From positions 434,001-498,000 of the forward strand of contig CM074807.1 in NCBI GenBank assembly GCA_037447605.1: a stretch of 64,000 nucleotides of DNA. The letters run 5' to 3'. The DNA is from Zygnema circumcarinatum SAG 698-1b. Its lineage: Eukaryota > Plantae > Zygnematophyceae. The notes under the pieces are model-generated. The model did no database searches and was not told the DNA's origin. It saw nothing but the letters and a program-made list of their open reading frames with translations. The translations under genes were made by a program, and so were the position numbers. Positions 53,452 through 64,000 of this stretch are shown one piece after another (the first letter of the stretch is position 1; each line of letters begins with the position of its first letter).

Positions 53452-56400
53452 TTACAGTCCCGAGCTCCCGTCGACTCTCTCCAAAATGTTGTTCTCATTG
53501 TCGGAGCCGTTCCCTCTCCTCCCCCCTCCTCCCCCAACAAGCCTCCGGTCAAACTGTGGAAAAAAGTTCAACGCTGCGGTTTGTTCCTGCCTGGTCAGCC
53601 AGTCCAAGGCCTGATTAGGAGCAGGCCAATGTTGGACATTGAACTGCCCAAAATTTCCTCTTGAAGGAACTCCCAGTCCAATATCTGTATTTCGGTCTGA
53701 AATGAAGTTCAATAAACCTGCAGGAACATGAAGAAAGAAAGAATATGAGATACACAGGACGAAGGACAAGAAGGGCCATTACTAGGGGAGTTAGAGCTGA
53801 ATAGAAGTAGAAGTTACGACAGTGAAAGGAGGATTAGGAAGAAGTAGCGGCTGACCTGCACCGGCAGCATAACCTCCCCTTTCTCTTTCAGGGTGCAGGA
53901 AGTGGTTATTGGTTAGGCCCGCCCGTGTATGCACTCCTTCTGCAACCTGCTGCTGCTCTAAAGTCTCTCTCCTTCTCTCTCCCTCCATGCCACTCTGATG
54001 AAGCGCTTCTGAAGGTTGCCAGTGCATTTGTGAGTTTCCCAAAAAGTCGTGATTGAACGGTTGAACGATTCTCTGCTGCTCCATCTTCCCACTCTCTCCC
54101 GATGGTTCCCTCGCCCTCTCCATTTGTCTCAGTCTCTCCATGTCAAGCACCCTCTCCATCTCCCTCAACCTTTCCACCTCTCGCAACCTCTCCCGCTCCC
54201 TCTCCCTCTCCATCTCCCTCTCCCTCTCCCTCTCCCTCTCCCGCTCCCTCTCCCCCTCCATCAACCTCTCCCTTTCTCTCTCCCTCTGGAGCTCCCTCTC
54301 TCTTTCTTTCTCCCTCTCCCTCTCCACTTCTACATCCTCCTCCCCTCCAACTTCTCCCGTTGCAGCTGCCTCATAGCTCGAAGATGCGTGCCGCTTTGCC
54401 AAAGGCTCATCTGACGGCGAGTCCGGCGCCGAGACAGACAAATCCTCTCTCTCTCCTTCTCTCTCCCCCTCCCTCTCTCCCTCATCCAGAGCATTCACCG
54501 ACTTCCTCTTCGTCCAGGTCCTTGTCGAGATTGTTCCATCCGCATCGAAGTCACTCGACCCTCTCTCCCTATGCAGGTACACCCACAGCTTCCTATCGGC
54601 ATCAAACTTGATGCACGGATCCCTCTCATAATGTAATCTATCCATGGCTCCGCTCACAACCTGGTTCAACTGTGAATCCGATGTATCATCCACAAAGTAT
54701 TGCGAATCTTTCAATAGCATGCATACGTCTGCACGAGTTCCTATGCCATTCGGAAGTCGAGCTGCAGCATCTCGAACCAAGCATAATATCGTGACATGGG
54801 GGGGGCGGTCTTGAAGAAGCATTGCATGCTCTCTTGCTTTTCCAAATGACTTGCCGTTCACTCTCCTTATGGGAGCCACAATGGAGCGCCCTCCATCAAC
54901 CGCAGTATAATGAAACGCCTTTTGGGGAAACTGAAACCGAATTCGCTCCTCTTCTCGGAATCGTTCTCTCGTTTCCGACGTAAGTTCAGGCAGAGTCAAC
55001 TGCAAATAGGAGAAACAGAAAAAAAAAAAAACCCCCAATTAGAACCAAGTGCTTCTCCACGCAACAGGAGGGATAAAACTTACAAAAACAGACCCTAATT
55101 TTCCCAGAACAACAAGGTCAAGGAGGAGGGCCTCATACCGGGCTCTTCTGAAACAGCAGGTTGCTCCCTGCAGCACCTCCTCCCTTCCCTCCATCCTTGG
55201 GAGTCTTCACCCCCTCCTTCCCTGCCTCCCTAACGGGAGTCGGGCTTCTCTCCTCCACCTCCTCTTTCGACTGCTCCCATGCAAGCGGGCTACTCCTCCC
55301 CACCACCTCCTTTCCCCCCATCCCTGCCGCACCTCCCATTTTCGCTCCCGGAGTCTCGGGAGTCCACCCCCCTCCGCCACTGTTCATCACCACCTCTCCC
55401 TCACTCTCTACCTTCACGTTAGAGGCATTCTGACCACTTTTCTTACTCCCTCCCGCTGCTGCAGATGCTAGAGCTTCTAATAATCTCTCCTGCAGCTTCA
55501 ACATCGCCTTTTCTGTGACACCCCATGTCTCTGCATCCGTCGCTATTTCACCCTCCTGCATCGATTTTTTTGAATGTGAACCAGTCACTACCCCGCACCA
55601 CATCCACTCTTTACATGGCTTCTTCTGCTGTACAAATGGTTTCCATAGCCTGGTTCCTGGAGGGGCTCTGCTTTGCAATACATTGATGGCCTGCTTCACT
55701 ACCTCCTCCAAACCCATCTTATTATACTCCAACACTCTCCTATCTCCCGGTTTCTCTTTCACTTTCTCTACAATCTCTGGCAGAGTGAGCCACTGCGCTG
55801 CGGCTCCCGCCTCCTCCAAACTCTCTCCCTCTCTCCCCTTCTCTCCTCCCCTGTTATCTCTGTCGCCTCCTCCCTGAATCATGGCTGCCCTCACAGATGA
55901 GAGAAGGTGCAGGACAGAGAATCCGACGGCCTCATCTGCAGGACTTAAGAGAGGGATCCCCACACTTCCGCCCTGCTTTCCGGCCGTGGTATTATTATTC
56001 TGGTTTCGGATTTGATTGCCGCTTTGATGTCCTCCATGATTCGACGCAGGAATCGGAGAAGATTTGCGCCTTCCTTCCGCCTTCACTTCCGCGATAGTGG
56101 GAAAGGGAGAGGGAGATGGGGCCACCTTTCCCTTCACTGCAATCGTCACTCCTTGCGAAGAATTTAAATCGGATAACCCAATCTGAGATCCCCTCCTTCC
56201 GGGCTCCGATCCACTCCATACCTCCTCCTCCCCTTTGACTTCTTCATTACCCTCTGGTACTCGCTTCAACCCCTTCTTATCCACCGATAATGAAGCTGAA
56301 CTTTCCCTCTCTTTCTCTCTCTCCCTCTCTCTGTCTCTGCGTCCCCCGCCCACAGATTCCGGCTTCCCCTCTTTGGCCCTCGATATCTTTGCATTAACAG

Positions 56401-57091
56401 GGGTAGCGCTGCTAATACCATTCCCCTTCCTCGGAACAGCACTACTAATACCACTACCACTACCCTTCGTCACGTAAGTCCAATGCTTCAGTTTCTGATC
56501 GAGGTGAGCCCCCGGCGGCAAGTCCCGCCACAGTTTCTTCATTTCCAGTAGCTTATTCACCATCTTATTGTGATACGAACGAACTCTGTGGTAGTGCTGC
56601 TTCCTCTGAAGGATCTGAAGACCCTGCTTGAAGCTTGCAACCTGCGGATTTCCATGTCCCGACGTTACACGGCTCCAAAATCGGTCTCTCGGATTTCCAA
56701 AATAAACATTGAATCCCCCCAAAAGGTCTTGGAGAGCATCCTGCAGGTCCTCTCCCTCTACCATAGGCAGGAACTGCGCCAGCTGCTCCCTGTCATCGTC
56801 TGTCAGCACCTCGTTCCACGTCTCTAAACACAAAATATCACTTAAATCCGTTAACTCGAACAGCTCCATAGGAAGCTCGCAAACGATTCCGTCGATCTCG
56901 CAGACCTCCGTGCCTTTTTCCTTCTGCTTCTGCTGCTGTTTCCTTGAGACGGAAACTGTTCCGTCGTCCGTTGCATCCAACTGCAGGTGAAGGGAGGGCC
57001 GCTCCCTCTCCCAGCTCGAGGACGGCGCCTGCCCGCCATGGCTGCGGGCCCAGAAGGGAACACTTTCATGATACGACATCATATCGTTCAT
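53452..57091 (-). CDS. NFRKB: NFRKB / INO80 complex subunit G-like protein (DEUBAD plus winged-helix), 3 exons, ~1120 aa
   Basis: Exons 57091-55139, 54999-53856, 53717-53452 are phase-consistent. DEUBAD: LP.ELFEL.DLS.IL.LETWNEVLT...REQL..FLP, N.YFGNP. C-terminal domain: RERFREEE..R..P.KAF.Y, KAREH.ML..DRPPHVTIL.LVRDAAARLP.G.GTRADVC.LLKDSQY, SGA.DRLHYERDPC.KFD..RKLW.YLHR. Confidence 0.93.
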
Positions 57092-57145
57092 AGCACACGC
57101 CTTCTTAGACCTCGTGCAGCCTCTCAGAGAGAGGCAGAGAGAGAA

Positions 57146-57176
<31 letters not shown>

Positions 57177-58618
57177 AAGAGAGAGAAAGAGACCGGAGAC
57201 TGTTAAGAGTGAGAGCACCTATGGAAGCTTCTTGACAAGTACAAGGTCAAGAGCATGCTTCGACTGCCCTCTCTCCCTCACCGCCTCCTATTTCACTCGT
57301 CATTTGTCTCGTCTCACATCCCTCGACTCTCCTTTCCCTATCCCTTCCCCCCTCCCTCCTCCCCCCTTCCCTCTCCTCTCCCCTTCTCTTTCCTCCTCCC
57401 TCCCCTCTCTCTCTATTTCCCTCCCTCCCTCCCTCCCGCCCTCTCCCGCCTGACGTATCCGCCTGCGCCTGCCACGCTGCGCCGAGCAAATAGACACCCT
57501 CCGAGAGGAGCCGCGAGAGGCCGCCCCCCCTTGCCACCCGCGGGAGAGGAAGTGAGAGCGAGAGGAAGACACCTCGCGAGAGAGAGACCGAGAGAGAGCC
57601 CGCTCTCGCTCACTCGAGAGAGAGAGAGAGGGCGAGGGAGACAGAGAGAGAGGGGGCCCACCCGCCCCCCGCGCCGGCCGCCCGGGGGCAGGCCAGCGGG
57701 CGGGTGGGCGGGCGGGCGGCCGTGCCATGGCGGCCCTGCCAGCCATCGCCTCCCCGCGACGCTGCCGCCGGGACGGACGGATGGATGGATGGATGGGCAT
57801 GCATGCCGGGTGGGCCCGCCCAAGGACCATATCGCAACGGGTTTAGGGTCGCACGTGCCATCGACGGCCAATAGAGCGCGAAGGATCAATCGGACGGCGA
57901 ATATTGGCGCTGGGGATCCGGCGCAGGGTTTTGGAGGCGGGTGCGGCGCCCCGATGGCCGCGGGGGGTGGGGGGTGCCCGTACGGCCCGCGCTGTCCGCC
58001 CTGGCCGGCGGGAAGGGAGGGGTCAGAGGTGGGGGGGGGGGGGGGGGCTAAGGTCTAGGGCATAGGGGCCTAGAAAGGGAGAAAGGCGCAGGAATGGATA
58101 GGGTGCAAATGGGGTATTTCTCGTCTCTGCCGTACAGTGCCGTACGACTGGGCAGGGTGGGCGGGCCTGTCCTGTGGCATAATCCAAGCGCAATGCGCGG
58201 CGCAATTATTGGCTCTGCCACGTGGCAGCATGCATGGGCGGAGGTCAAGTTTCGTACGTGTGGCGAAGTCGGCGGGGAGGTCGCCCTCCAGGAGGGGGCG
58301 AAAGGGGCAGGGGCCAACCGATACAGGCTGATATATTCCAATACGATATAAGAACGATTGGAAATGTGATACGATCATACTCTGTATCGAGGTATATAAA
58401 GTACTCGATACGATATTTGCGTAGTGCTATTTCGATGTTATTGTTTCATGTAGATACGATGCGATACGTGACGTCGACATTTTCAGGGTTCAACGGCGTG
58501 TGCAGAAATGGCGAGCTTGACCTAGTTTTCTGCAAGTCGACAGCTTGTCCTTCTAAAATCTTGCGTTGTTTTAAGTCGTCGATTTTTCTTTTAGGAAAGA
58601 GAGAATTGTTATCTTGCC

Positions 58619-63875
<5,257 letters not shown>

Positions 63876-64000
63876 GTGGGCTGGTGATGTTCTGCATGCT
63901 GTGCATCACTTTTCCGGTTGTTATGTCACGGATGTTCGCAGCCCACTTGGTTATGTCTTGCATGCCACAACTAAACAAACTTTACCAACTTTTGTTTGTA

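Overview
This is eukaryotic nuclear DNA, not prokaryotic. It has spliceosomal GT-AG introns, TTTAGGG/TTAGGG telomere-like tracts, and plant-type genes (EXORDIUM/PHI-1, plastid-targeted DHAD and AsnRS, FAR1-like, NFRKB). The combination best fits a streptophyte, probably a charophyte green alga; that is an inference. The assembly is a draft with several N gaps and very long GA/CT/GGGA/CCCT simple repeats filling most introns. Gene models were built by hand from splice signals and frame continuity. In order: intronless CDPK/PEPKR-like kinase (+), organellar Asn-tRNA ligase (+, 15 exons), ~1350-aa mostly disordered protein (+), RPL23A (-), dihydroxy-acid dehydratase (+, 16 exons), a hypothetical gene (-), a Tc1/mariner-type MITE, an unrecognised 5-exon gene with a Gly/RGG tail (+), EXORDIUM-like protein with an extra Cys-containing C-terminus (-), AHA1 (+), a ~120-bp dimeric satellite, FAR1/MULE DNA-binding-domain ORF (+), a MYST acetyltransferase that looks MOF-like (+, centre lost in a gap), NFRKB/INO80G (-), and AATF/Bfr2 (+, runs off the end). 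The most unusual signal is repeated duplication of splice junctions into introns. The clearest case is an array of roughly 30 copies of CAG|GTGGGAGAGCTGATGG (the acceptor plus first codons of AsnRS exon 14), which could be a recursive-splicing ladder, an intron-gain intermediate, or an assembly artefact.
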